A DNA stretch of 64,000 nucleotides, from the NCBI RefSeq assembly GCF_009914755.1, contig NC_060930.1. One strand, given 5' to 3'. Shown here one piece after another: positions 1 to 14,157 of this stretch. Position numbers and translations under genes: made by a program. The notes under the pieces were generated by a model, which saw nothing but the letters and a program-made list of their open reading frames with translations, made no database searches and had not been told where the DNA came from. Source of the DNA: the human T2T-CHM13v2.0 reference genome, Homo sapiens. Position 1 is the stretch's first letter. Each line of letters starts with the position of its first letter.

Positions 1-160
1 TATTATTGTAGACCAGTCATTACAGTTATTTGTTTATTCTATATCTATCCATATCTATTTGCTTACATGTATATTGGCCACTTGTAGATAACTAGTACAT
101 GAAGCATATGAAGATGCAAAGATGAATAGACAGTCTTGGCCTTTGAAAAATTAAAATTTA

Positions 161-470
<310 letters not shown>

Positions 471-1138
471 AAAAATTAAAATGTAGTAGATGATATAGAC
501 ATAGAAAGAATTCTAATTAAAGTCAATAGTGTAACTATAAAGACAATGTGAATTATCTAAAGTGTAGAAATTCAGAAGGGTCAGAAATGGCTTATAGAAT
601 CAGGGAAGGTCTTATGAGGATGTAGCCACTAAGTTGGGTTATGAAGAATGAGTGAGATTTCCAAGGGCAGGAATGGAGAGCATTTGAGTAGGTTTTCAGG
701 CATTTGCCTAAAATATCCAAAATCAAAATTGAGGTATACTAGATTCACTTTAATTTTGATATATTTTGTGTTAAGCATAAATAAATATTCTAAGTTAAAT
801 ATCTAAGTTTGTTGATAGGGGCACAATGAAATATTTTCAACGGGCTTAATTAACACTAATAATTGTTATCACATATTTACTAAGTACCTGCTGCGTATTG
901 ATATTTAACAGGTATTGGGCAAAATATAACAATAACATAAAACTCATCTACCTTGAAGAAGCTAAAAAAATAAAATGTGGAAATGTTAAGATAAAAAATA
1001 CTCAATATTTCTTAACAGATATATTGATAATGGTCCATATTCTTTCAACTTGATTTACCTCCCTACTAATTAATGTATGGTTTGAGTCTTTTTATAGGTC
1101 ACTTTTTGGGAAAAAATAATGTTTTGTTTCTATTTTAA

Positions 1139-1172
1139 ACACTTAATCTTAGCCAAAAGGCCAAGAAGCAAT
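1139..1172 (-). pseudogene. 3'-truncated U2 snRNA retrocopy (U2 nt 1-34)
   Basis: Reverse complement ATTGCTTCTTGGCCTTTTGGCTAAGATTAAGTGT matches the U2 5' end at 31/34; flanked by 13-bp TSD TGTTTCTATTTTA (1125-1137, 1174-1186). Confidence 0.92.
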
Positions 1173-2193
1173 GTGTTTCTATTTTAGTATCATCAATCAG
1201 CAGTACTTCCTCATGTAATAATGGGGAAACAGTTTATTTCTCCTTTCCTTATTCTATTTATAGCTGAAAATAATATTTAAACTTACTTTTTCTTCCCAAA
1301 TGTTCCATTTTATCTCTTGTGTTGCTTTTTCAACTTTATGTTAATATGCCTTTGCTGTTTCTTGGTAATCTTCATTTTCCTGTTTCAAATATAATGTGCT
1401 CTTCATATTCGTCTCAAGCTCTTCTTTCAGTTAAAGTACAAAATCAGGTTGGAATTTTTCCAGAATATTTTCAAGAAAAATGTTAATAATAGCCATACGC
1501 TGCACTCTGTATATTGTCTTTAAAATGATTAAAACTGTTATAAAGCACCTATTTGTGCTCAGTGGTATATAAAAAGATGGAAATTATTGCTACTCTCTGG
1601 GGAATCTAATATTGAGGAAGATCAATCAGTAAAGGACATAAGTTGCAAGCAGCAGATACAAATACATAAAGAAACAAGGTGACATAGAAGATAAACTCTA
1701 GACACTAATAAAGAGATCATGTTATGATCATCTTCTTCTTCTTTCCCTTTGCCTCTGAGCCACAACATGTCCTTCTTTTCTCTACATTCTGCCCTCTTTG
1801 TTCTTCCCATTTCTTTCTTTTCTTTTCTCCAATTTCTTAGTTTAATGGAAGAAGAGCTCCTCAGCCCTTTTCTGGTCTCACAAAAAGCATTTATTTCTCT
1901 CTTGGGATGGTTCTTGCCCAGTGACACTAAGGATGAAGAGCCCTCCTTGCTCCTGAACGGCCGCACTGGATATGCCTGGTCAGTCTCACTCTCAGTTGGC
2001 TGGGATGTCTGCTGTGGCTCTCCCAGAGGGGATCTGTTCTTCAAAGAGCACCACTGATTCCTCAAGGAAAGCATGAAAGATTGACATCATGGGCATCAGA
2101 AACAGTAAGCTATGTAGGCTCAGCTCTGTCACGACTTGTATGGTCTTATACCAACTTGGGCATGAACTCCCTTGTCTGTAAAATAGGGAGGTT

Positions 2194-2696
2194 TGTGGCA
2201 AGCTAAATAACGAACCCCTAAACATGCCCGGTTTCTAATCCTTGAAACCTATGAATGTTAACTTATGTGTCAATAGAGACTTTGCAGATGTGATTAGCTT
2301 AAGGACCCTGAGATAAGGAAACTATTACTAGACTAGTTGAGTGGACTTGATGTAATTACAACTGTCCTTAGGAAAGGGACCCAAATGTCCTTATATAAAG
2401 GAGTCAGAATCAGAGAAGGCAATATGACAATGGAAGCAGGGATTGGAGTGATGTGATTTGAGAATGAAGGAAGTGGCCATAAGCCAACAAAGACAGGCAT
2501 CTGCTAGAAGCTGAAAAAGTCAAGAAAACGGATTCTCTCCTCAGATTATCCCAAAGGAACTAACCTTGTAAACACCTTGACTTTAGCCCAGTGGAACTGA
2601 TTTTGGACTTTTAGAACTATAAGAAAATGAATGTGGGCTGCCTTAAGCTACTAAATTTGTGGTAATTTGTTACAGCAGCAATAAGAAACAAATACA
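2194..2696 (+). mobile_element. MaLR LTR (MLT1D-like), inserted in a MIR
   Basis: TG...CA ends; GACTTTGCAGATGTGATTAG and GGTAATTTGTTACAGCAGCAATAAGAAAC motifs typical of MLT1. Confidence 0.85.
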
Positions 2697-2868
2697 AGAT
2701 TGTACTCGTGACTTCTGTGGTTGCTTCCATCTCTAACTGCTGCTTCATAGCTATGACCCATTGCTAAATGGCCTAGACTTTGCAACACTAGAGTGCACTA
2801 AAGGATCTTGTTAAAAGGAACATTGACGAGACTTTCAAGACTTTTTGTTGCTGTTCTTGTTGTTGTTA

Positions 2869-3358
<490 letters not shown>

Positions 3359-5353
3359 CTAAAGAGTAAGTGAAGTTGAAGAAAGGCAATTGAAGAAGAG
3401 TCTCTGCAGTTTCATGTGAGGTTTTGTTCTAAAAACAATTAGTAGTAGGAGAAGAGCATCAGTTTTCACGCATTAACCCCAAACTATGATTCCAACTTCT
3501 TCTACTACATCCTACCCTCTAGCCCCATCAGTTTTCTCATCAATTCCCAAACGGGCTCCTCTGTTACTCAATTTCATTGTCAGTGCTCACCAGGAAATGC
3601 TGTTTCCCAAATCTGCCCTAAGCTCCAACCCCGTGCAAAGTCTTCTCAAAAGCTCTCCTGACCACTGGGCCACACTTAATCGTATCTTCCTGTATTTTCC
3701 CCGAGCATATAATTTGTCCTACTTCCAGCCAGACACTTAAATCCACCTTCTGTGTTGTGTTATGTATCTGTCTCCTCCCTTAGACAGAAGAACTGTGAGG
3801 GTTCTCTCTGTAGCTTATTCATTTTGGTGGCTCCTGAGGCCTAGGACTAGTACCTACATGTAGTAGCTGTTTGATGTTTCTTGAATTAAAGTCACAGAGG
3901 ACTAAGGAATCTAGGAACCAAAGAACTAACTATCTTTTCTTCTCATAAAATTTTGCATATTAGTGCAAAGAATAGTGCAAGAATGTTGCATCTTAGTGCA
4001 AAATTCTTCCATAGGAAAAACTGCAGAGGAACATGTATTCCTAAGTGCTCCTCAACTTTTCTCCTTACTTTCCACAGTGTTTTACTTTAATATAAACCTC
4101 CTAGGCTTACCCGTCCTCTGACATGCCACAGACAAATAGGAAAAAGTTAAACACATCTTACTTGCACAATTTTTTCCAGTAAGAAGATCAAAAGTTAATT
4201 CAGAGCCTAAAGCGGTTTGTTAACTCACCCTACATTGCAGTTTATAGGAAGGGCATAATCCATTCTGATTTACCATCACCCCATTATTCTTTCTATTCTT
4301 TGAAATTCAGGATTAGATGTATTTTAAGAACTTAAAAACTGTTTAAAAGTGTCAGGAGTAATCACTAATAATGCCTCTTTACTACCTTGTTCCCAACCAA
4401 ATCCTAATTAAGTAAAGCTCTTCAGTATGTGAACAGTACAGGCAATTTATTCTATCTGCTTAATATTAAGCTGTATCCAAGTATGAATTTGATGATGAAG
4501 AATTGAAAGGTAAAATCAGTTCACTTCAGAAATACCTTCTGGTGGTAGAATGCCTGTCACTTTAGTCATTTCCTTAATCATAGTTGGTGCTTATGCCAAA
4601 CCTTTCATTTGGATAACTAAGGGAGCTTAACTCTTAAATCCTCTGTACACCAAAAAAATAAATAAATAAAGATAAATAGGTAGTTCCAAAGTGCCTATTA
4701 CTGTTATTTTTCAGACAGGTAAATAGAATCAAAGGTCAAATTCTCATACTTCTGTCTGTGGAAGAACCGTGAAGAGAATGAAGCTCATAGATGCCCAATT
4801 TTGTGTTATCATCACTTGCCCAATCTAACATGTTTGACAGAAAACCCCTGCCTCATTTGACCAGAAGTAGATGGGCTAATGAATATCGAATTCAACTGGC
4901 GATGATACTGGAGGAGATTCTACGTAACAGCTGCTTAGATTTGGCAGCACTATAAACAATTTTATTTTTATAAACAGCAAACGGATGCTGGTTCTTTAAA
5001 GAAGAAAAAATTTGCTAATCTGTCTGAAAAAGAACATCTATGGTATGCTCCTATCTACAAGTAAATAAACAAACCTCCCAGGCAGAACCCAGGTCATCCA
5101 CACATGCTAATGTCTTCTTTCATTATTGATCCTCAGGGACACAGCGGATGTTCTACAGGGTTTTCCAGGCCCTTCTCCATCTTTAGGATATAGCTCAGGA
5201 CACCATAATCACAATAAGACTTGGGTAAATATGTTTATACTGCAGCTCCCCGTTTCCATTAAACAAATTACAATAACATTACAGTCTGAATATTTTTGAA
5301 AAAGGCATAGGGGGAGAGATCTTTGTTCCAAAAAGAATTGGTAGCTAAAGCAG

Positions 5354-6321
5354 TGTAGGGGTGGGTTGCCCCTCCACACCTGTGGGTGTTTCTCGTAAGG
5401 TGGAACGAGAGACTTAGGAAAGAAAAAGACACAGAGACAAAGTATAGAGAAAGAAATAAGGGGACCCGGGGAACCAGCGTTCAGCATATGGAGGATCCCG
5501 CCAGCCTCTGAGTTCCCTTAGTATTTATTGATCATTTGTGGGTGTTTCTCGAAGAGGGGGATGTGTCAGGGTCACAAGACAATTGTGGGGAGAGGGTCAG
5601 CAGACAAACACGTGAACAAAGGTCTTTGCATCATAGACAATGTAAAGGATTAAGTGCTGTGCTTTTAGATATGCATACACATAAACATCTCAATGCTTTA
5701 TAAAGCAGTATTGCTGCCCGCAGGTCCCACCTCCAGCCCTAAGGCGGTTTTTCCCTATCTCAGTAGATGGAGCATACAATCGGGTTTTATACCGAGACAT
5801 TCCATTGCCCAGGGACAGGCAGGAGACAGATGCCTTCCTCTTGTCTCAACTGCAAGAGGCATTCCTTCCTCTTTTACTAATCCTCCTCAGCACAGACCCT
5901 TTACGGGTGTCGGGCTGGGGGACGGTCAGGTCTTTCCCTTCCCACGAGGCCATATTTCAGACTATCACATGGGGAGAAACCTTGGACAATACCTGGCTTT
6001 CCTAGGCAGAGGTCCCTGCGGCCTTCCGCAGTTTTTGTGTCCCTGGGTACTTGAGATTAGGGAGTGGTGATGACTCTTAAGGAGCATGCTGCCTTCAAGC
6101 ATCTGTTTAACAAAGCACATCTTGCACCGCCCTTAATCCATTTAACTCTGAGTTGACACAGCACATGTTTCAGAGAGCATGGGGTTGGGGGTAAGGTTAT
6201 AGATTAACAGAATCTCAAGGCAGAAGAATTTTTCTTAGTACAGAACAAAATGGAGTCTCCTATGTCTACTTCTTTCTACACAGACACAGTAACAATCTGA
6301 TCTCTCTTGCTTTTCCCCACA
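5354..6321 (-). mobile_element. HERV-K(HML-2) solo LTR, LTR5_Hs-like, 968 bp
   Basis: Reverse complement begins TGTGGGGAAAAGCAAGAGAGATCAGATTG and ends GGGGCAACCCACCCCTACA; perfect 6-bp TSD AAGCAG (5348-5353, 6322-6327). Confidence 0.97.
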
Positions 6322-6500
6322 AAGCAGGATGGAATAAAGAGTGCCTAGTTGAGAAAATTCTGGCGAATTCAGTGTTCTGTGTAAAATTAAGTACATGTGT
6401 CCTCTGCCTAAAAATAAAAAATGTAGTAACTGGTTGTATATAAAAATTTTGAATAAAGATATACAGATTCTGGGTTAGTTAATTATTAGATTGCTTTTGA

Positions 6501-6653
<153 letters not shown>

Positions 6654-6934
6654 TGAATACTTTAAAGGCAAATTTAAAGCAAACATTTGATCTGTATATT
6701 TTGAAGACAGAAAGGCCAATAGCTGGGATAGGAAACTTCCAGGCTAGATTTGGTTCTTGGCAAAATTTCAACTGGCTATCGGCTGGTGTTCTAAAATTAA
6801 GTGTTCCTTGCTTCTATCCCTAATTATTTGGATGAATCAAATCTTACAGAAAATGAGCATGTCGTCTCAGACTTCATAATACTGGCTGTAGTCAGACATG
6901 TAATTTGCAACAGGAGTACATCTTAAACTTTCAT

Positions 6935-7063
6935 ACAAAGTACAAACTGAAGTCAGGCCAATGTACTTCAAATTCTGATTATGTTAGTTGGTCTGTGTGC
7001 CCTAGGACAAACAACTTAAACTCTCTGAGTCTCAGTCTTATCATTCATAAAATGGAAATAATA
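6935..7063 (+). mobile_element. MIR
   Basis: Core ACTTAAACTCTCTGAGTCTCAGTCTTATCATTCATAAAATGGAAATAATA. Confidence 0.7.
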
Positions 7064-7268
7064 GGCCAGGCGTGGTGGCTCATTCCTGTAATCCCAGCAC
7101 TTTGGGAGGCCAAGGTGGGTGGATCACAAGGTCAGGAGATCGAGACCATCCTGGCTAACATGGTGAAACCCCGTTTCTACTAAAAATACAAAAAGATAGC
7201 TGGGCATGGTGGCGGGCGCCTATAGTCCCAGCTACTCAGGAGGCTGAGGCAGGAGAATGGCGTGAACC
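7064..7268 (+). mobile_element. AluY lacking its 3' ~80 nt and A tail
   Basis: AluY diagnostics; stops abruptly after GGCGTGAACC. Confidence 0.92.
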
Positions 7269-8124
7269 ATTTCAAAGGCTGGTGAACCTCGTATCTAATA
7301 GGCACTGATTAAATATTTGTTAATTTGACTTAAATATATATTTTCTGCAAAATGAACATGTTATTCCAGCTTTCCTCCACAGCTTCCATTTCCCATGATT
7401 ATTTATTAATTTCACTGATGTCTTTTGAATTAGTTTCCCACTAAATGGCAGACAAAGAATGGGAGGCTCAAAAAAAAAAAGCACAAAACAAAAAACTAAA
7501 AACAAAACCACCCTGACCATAGAACAACAAATGAGCCTCAATTGAATAGAAAAGGAGAATCTAAAGCAGGCAAACCAGTTTCTGGAAGGTTGGTCATGGC
7601 TGTCTGGGATACTGTGTTGAGAAGGGATGGGAAAAGAGCATAATGAATGGCTACACCTGCAATTTGGAATTGTGGACAATTTAATTGTAGCGTAATTTCA
7701 AATTCAACTCTGAGGAAGTCATAACTAGAGCTAAAACTAGAACCAAGTTTATCAAATTTGCACAATAATGGTTCAGCTAACAGGCCACTCACTATTCATA
7801 GTGTTCTAAACTCTCTACCATTGAGTCTCCAGCTGAGAACTTTGAAAAGTTCCTTCACCTCTCCAAATCTGTTTCTCATCTGTAAACTGGGAGTGTTGGA
7901 CTTCATGAACTCCCAGGTCATTTCCAGCATCAACCATGTATGAACATATGCTTCTGTAAAGTACTATTTGGTTACCTAGATTATAAGATCTTACATTCTT
8001 GATAGTGCTTTAGTGCCTACCAAAACCTTTTGCAGTAATCATTCTATTTGACCTTCACACCTACTTTGTAAGTCATGCATTCTCATCCCCATTTTACAGA
8101 TGAGGGAATTAAATCAAGAAATCC

Positions 8125-8422
8125 GGCCGGGTGTGGTGGCTCATGCCTGTAATCCCAGCACTTTGGGAGGCCGAAGCAGGTAGATCACGAGGTCAGGAGT
8201 TCAAGACCAGCCAGGCCAACATGGTGAAACCCCATCTCTACTAAAAATACAAAAATTAACTGGGTGTGGTGGCAGGTGCCTGTAATCACAGCTACTCAGG
8301 AAGCTGAGGTAGAGAATTGCTTGAACCCAGGAGGTGGAGGTTGCAGTGAGCTGAGATTGCACCACTGCACTCTAGCCTGGGTGACAAAGCAAGACTCCAT
8401 CTCAAAAAAAAAAAAAAAAAAA
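8125..8422 (+). mobile_element. Alu (AluS-type) inside a minus-strand MIR
   Basis: Full dimer plus A tail; flanks carry CCCATTTTACAGATGAG. Confidence 0.93.
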
Positions 8423-8515
8423 TCAAGGAAGTTGGCCAGTGTCTTAAGATTTGCTGGCAATGGACTTGGGTCCAAACCCCATACTTCACAAGAAGCTTTC
8501 TGAGAAGTTTAAGAA

Positions 8516-8517
8516 AA

Positions 8518-8556
<39 letters not shown>

Positions 8557-8557
8557 A
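8516..8557. repeat. (TAAA)n microsatellite
   Basis: About 10 tandem TAAA units. Confidence 0.95.
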
Positions 8558-8639
8558 ACAACTACATAATATATATATTTTTAAAAGGGTATAAGTAAGT
8601 AAGATAGAAGCAGGGGAGGGGGAGGATGGCACAAGTTGA

Positions 8640-9510
8640 AATGGAGGCTAGAGGCCAGAAGCACTTGTGCAAATTCCCAAGGACAGGCAAAGGCTTTTTT
8701 TTAAAAACAGAAGAAATAGGCCCACTGCTTGAGCAGATGGCACAAAATTAACAGATGAGAAATGACAGAACTACTTCCTTCCTGTTTTGTTTCTGCCTTT
8801 GAAAGACAGTATCTTCAAATTCAAAAGTATAGAACAAACATGGTCAGGCTTTGGGATTAAAATAGTAGACAAAATAATAAGTTCATTTTTTAATCTTCCT
8901 TTTTGATTCAGCATCAAGTTCCCAGGCTCAGATGAAGTAACTCAAGCTTCTGAAAGCTTCCACATTTTGATTGAAAGGCCAATTTCAGTAATTTCTGCAT
9001 TAATATAAACAGAAGAGAGGTTGGAAACCTGGAGATGGACAAACATCCTATCTTTTTAAAAAGGCAGCTTCTAGAAATTACAGATGAAAGAGTCTGACAT
9101 TAATCTTTAGCAAATTCATCAAAGATAGGTTGATTAAACAGATGCAATGTAAAACTTAGAAAAGGAAGGGCATGGCTAATTAGCCTCATATCCTTATGTG
9201 ATGAAATTATTAGAATATCGGTTTAGAAATGCTATAAATGTGATATATATTTAAGGTATTTAACACATTTTTCCATATCTTCCTAAAATCACCTACAGTA
9301 TAGTACAGTTACTGGATGCATAATAACTTGAGTAATCCAGAGACAATAAATATTTTTTGAGTAACTGGATTTGCAAGTGACTCAAAACTGAAAAGAATAG
9401 CCAATATGTCAAAAGGCAGATCAAGATTTTTTGTGAAGATGTTGAAATGTTGAAACTATAGGCTTAAATGATAATAAGGATCAATGAGAAGATACATTTA
9501 GGTTCTAGAA
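8640..9510 (+). mobile_element. L3/CR1 LINE ORF2 fossil
   Basis: Degenerate DNA for CR1 motifs in the expected order: AAGTTCCCAGGCTCAGATGAA (KSPGPDE-like), TGGAGATGGACAAACATCCTATCTTTTTAAAAAGG (WRRANVVPIFKKG-like), GAAATTACAG...AGTCTGACA (NYRPVSLT-like). Confidence 0.7.
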
Positions 9511-11099
9511 AATGACCTAAATGGACCTACTGGTTGTCTTGAGAAATTCGAACGTTTCTCATGTGGTGAGAGCTTCATGACCTTCAGCCTTGAGTTCTTC
9601 TATTACATGAAGTGTAGTTGCATACCTATGCGTGGAAGAGTATTGGTGCTGAGAGCCACAGAGAGCCACAGGTTCCACTTTCTATTAAAGACTGCTGACT
9701 GTGATACTGCACTCCCCAAACAGAGGGTCAAGGAGACAGCCAGCAGTAAATCCTCACCACGGGTTTTGATGGTGAGATGGATAGGCTGGAGAGTACAACA
9801 GGCCTGTCACCGGATGAGTGATGAATGTCTGTGGCCTCTGTTAGAAAATATGCCCATTCTTAACAAACAAGGAGGAAGATTACTGTCGGGAAGGAAAGAA
9901 GGTAAAGGTATCAGGCATTTCCCCTTTCCCTAGGGTGTGTTAGTAATCACCAGAATGGGTAAAGGAATGCCCACCATCTTCTAGAAACCCAAACTTTAAT
10001 GAGAAGGCTTGCTCCCTCGTTTCAGTACTCCCTTAATATTGTCCTTTGGCTCTCTGACCCTCCATACTTTGGCCCAGTTGTCTTTGTTTTTATTTCTATT
10101 GTTTTGGGTTTTTTGCAATGTAAATAAGAGTTTCTAAGTACAGTACTCAGTGTTCTTCTAAAAATGTTTGCTGCTGGTACATATTTTATGTTGACATGTT
10201 TGTGGGAGGCAAGGCCAGTGAAGCCGTGATGTGCTGAGTGTGGGAGTCCCAGTGAGAACTAGGCTGGGTATCAAGATCTCGTACCATCCATAGCAGAGGA
10301 GTGCATGGGTGGCCAGTAGTTCCCAAGAAGACAATAAGCATACAGAGTGGGAGGAGCATTTGGTGAGTATGTCCCTACATTTACAAAGAGCAGATCATAT
10401 ATTTTATTTCAATGTATAGTAGTAACTGCGTTTGCTTGTTTTTCCCCCAATAGAGAAATCTGACCAAAAGATCCCCAGGGAAAAGCTACAGGTGTATTTA
10501 TATAGATGAGGAATCATCTCCATGAAGGATCAGAAATGGAAAGTGTTTACATAGTTCATTTCTAAGACTCTTCTCCCTGTGGCTGTTTTGGAGGTCATGG
10601 GATCTGCCACTACATAAACACAGACAGAAATGCCCACACATATGCATACATACCACACATATTCTCCTTATGACCATCCACAGATTTTATGTTTAAGTGT
10701 CCTAAAAATCTAATTTCATAACAAATATTTCAAATTTCAGGATATAATTAATGGCACTGCCCAATATACACAACCATAATAAATAAATGTGTAACTACAA
10801 AAAATAAGAGCTATATGAAAAGCTGAAATAATGAGAAATTAATTCAGCTTTTTCTTTTTAAAGCCATGGTGTCGGTGAGCAGGAGATCAGAATAAACACC
10901 CTCCTAGGACTCAGACCTTGAATAACAGTGAACCTTGCTAGTACAAAAGTACTAGCCTATCTTTGTTTTTGTTTTTTCACCATATGCTGTGCAACAAGGA
11001 AATAAAATATAATTCATACTTTTCGGTTAGGCATAATTACATGAAGACAGTATTCCAAACAAACCAAAAACCAAACAAGGAGTAATTTACAGCAATTAG

Positions 11100-11441
<342 letters not shown>

Positions 11442-13235
11442 ACGTGTAGCTTGCTTTTCAAGATTTTATAAGGTTATAGTCATACAAGCAGATTCTGAAG
11501 GCTTCCTTTGATCTTTAGGGCTAAATAAAATTTAGGTTAAAGGTCCATTCATCTACTACCTGTGTCCTTTTTATAATCAACAGAGACAAATGTTATCAGT
11601 TATTCTAAAGTGAAACCCACAAGATTGTAAAGAAGCTTGTCTAGTTTGAAGGGGTAATATCTGCAATAATTGTTAGAAGGGGGAGGGGGAAGGGGATGGG
11701 TTTTGGTGGAAAGGAAGAGAGAATATTTAGACCAGTAGCACAAGGGAATGTGTACTCATCAGATGATACCAAGGCTCACACAAGAATGCTGATTTTGGAA
11801 GAGTTGCTAGGTGACAATATGCCAGGTTAAGGTGAAGTTCCTTTGGGCTCCTCAGGCCTCCCATCATTGGGATAGGTTTATTGTTTATAGGCTGTCTTCA
11901 TTAAGATTGTTACCTCACAAGTCAAGAGTTAAGGTACAGTAAATGCTCACGTCCACTTGAAAATATGTAATAATTAGTCTTGAAAATATGTAATAATTAA
12001 TTTGCTTTGGTTAATATCTGAGTGCCCGACAAAAGCATCAATTGTGCCAAGAGTTCATCTTGCTTCCTCTCTGCCAGATGGACAAGAAGTGAACCAGTCA
12101 ATAAGACAAATATCTGCATGGTCCTTCCTGAGATGGGGGATAACCAGTCAAGTTACCCCAAGCAGCAATATCTTTCTTGCAGTGGCTCAGGATTCCCTGG
12201 ATCACACTGATGCTCCGTGGCATATGCAAGCTTCCCCTTCTGTCTCTGGGAATATAGGGAGCTTCTCAGGCCACTGTGGCCCTCACACCCAGCCAACTCC
12301 AATCCTCTCGTCTCAACTGAGCCTGACAGAGGCGGCAGAGTGACTCAGTGACTCCTTCTCCACACATTGCAGCCAGTCATGGAGAAAGCACTGGAATAAT
12401 GAGAAAGCACTGGAAAGAGAGCTTGCTCCCTCTCTGCACCCCCTTACCAGTGCTTCCCACAGGAGGCAAGGCTCATCTGATTGCTCAGCATGTGACATTT
12501 ACTGGGACATATTTCCTCATGGAAAGTTTGTCAGATATGAGAAGTCGCCCCTTCCCTTCCTCTTTGCTTTCCTGTGATCAGCAGGCCCTCTGAGACCTAA
12601 GGAAAGCTGGGAGGAACCTCCCTGCAGGCAGAGAGGAAGTCCCTTCTCACTGTCTTTGCTAGCTCTACTCTTGTGCCTGGGAGGGCGAGTTTGTGTCTGC
12701 CATTTGGTGTATTCAATTCACAGAATATGGAATAGGAAGACCTCCTCTGGCCTCAGGTCTACACTGTATTAACCAACACAGTTTACCTAAACCGCCTTAC
12801 AGTTTAGGGATTATAACATGCTTTCCCAGATTAATAAAAAAGAAGCGGAATGTCTACTTGACTAGAGAGTTGTTTGTGTGCTCCCCTAGCCAGTTATCCA
12901 GAGGGAAACAGAGTCTCTTGAACCCTGAAGAGACAAGTAGGTCAGGGCTTTGAATCTGGGTGTTTTGCCACTTGCAGAAACCTGGGTCTAAAGGTAAAAG
13001 GAGGAGAACCAACAACAACAGTTCTAGGACTGAGAAAGTCTCAAATATGCCCTCGTCACTGATAACCCTGTGACCTTTTCATTTCTAGCAGCCTCTGAGG
13101 TGGCCTTCGTGTTATGAAGCGTAAACTGAGTCTTACACAAGGAGGTATTTCAAGCCCAAATCACATTCTCATAATTGTTTCTCTATATGTGTTTTGATGA
13201 ATACACCATTCTTCTCTTTTAAATAATAATAGGCC

Positions 13236-13475
<240 letters not shown>

Positions 13476-13811
13476 TCAGGACATTGCAATAGAATTACAT
13501 TGTATGTTCCCAGTGAATTTTCTCATGTACTCACTCATTCAACATTAATGGATGTTCTATCTCCAGTTTATTTTCTTAAGTACTATTTTGGCTGCCACTG
13601 CCTGGGAGTGAAATTTTTTTTAATGAAGAGAGATTTTTCTAACCAGCCTTTTACTCATTCTCTTTAGTGCATGTCATTCCTTCACTCTTAACCATCCTCC
13701 GCTCATACCCACACCCCAAAACACATACACGCAGACTCTACTTGCAGTTTAGGGCCCCAAACAAGTTGGGGAGGCTTGGAGGTGCAAGTTAATCATAGTG
13801 GAACAATCTAG

Positions 13812-14157
<346 letters not shown>

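Noticed and set aside
1622-2074. 150-aa minus and 102-aa plus ORFs
   Set aside because: Overlap L2-like and CT-rich sequence; no recognisable domain or exon structure
4791-4955. 54-aa plus ORF MPNFVLSSLAQ...EEILRNSCLDLAAL
   Set aside because: Protein-like composition, but no recognised homology or promoter, and the length is within chance
5209-6070. ORFs inside the HERV-K LTR
   Set aside because: Solo LTR with no gag/pol/env; the ORFs are incidental
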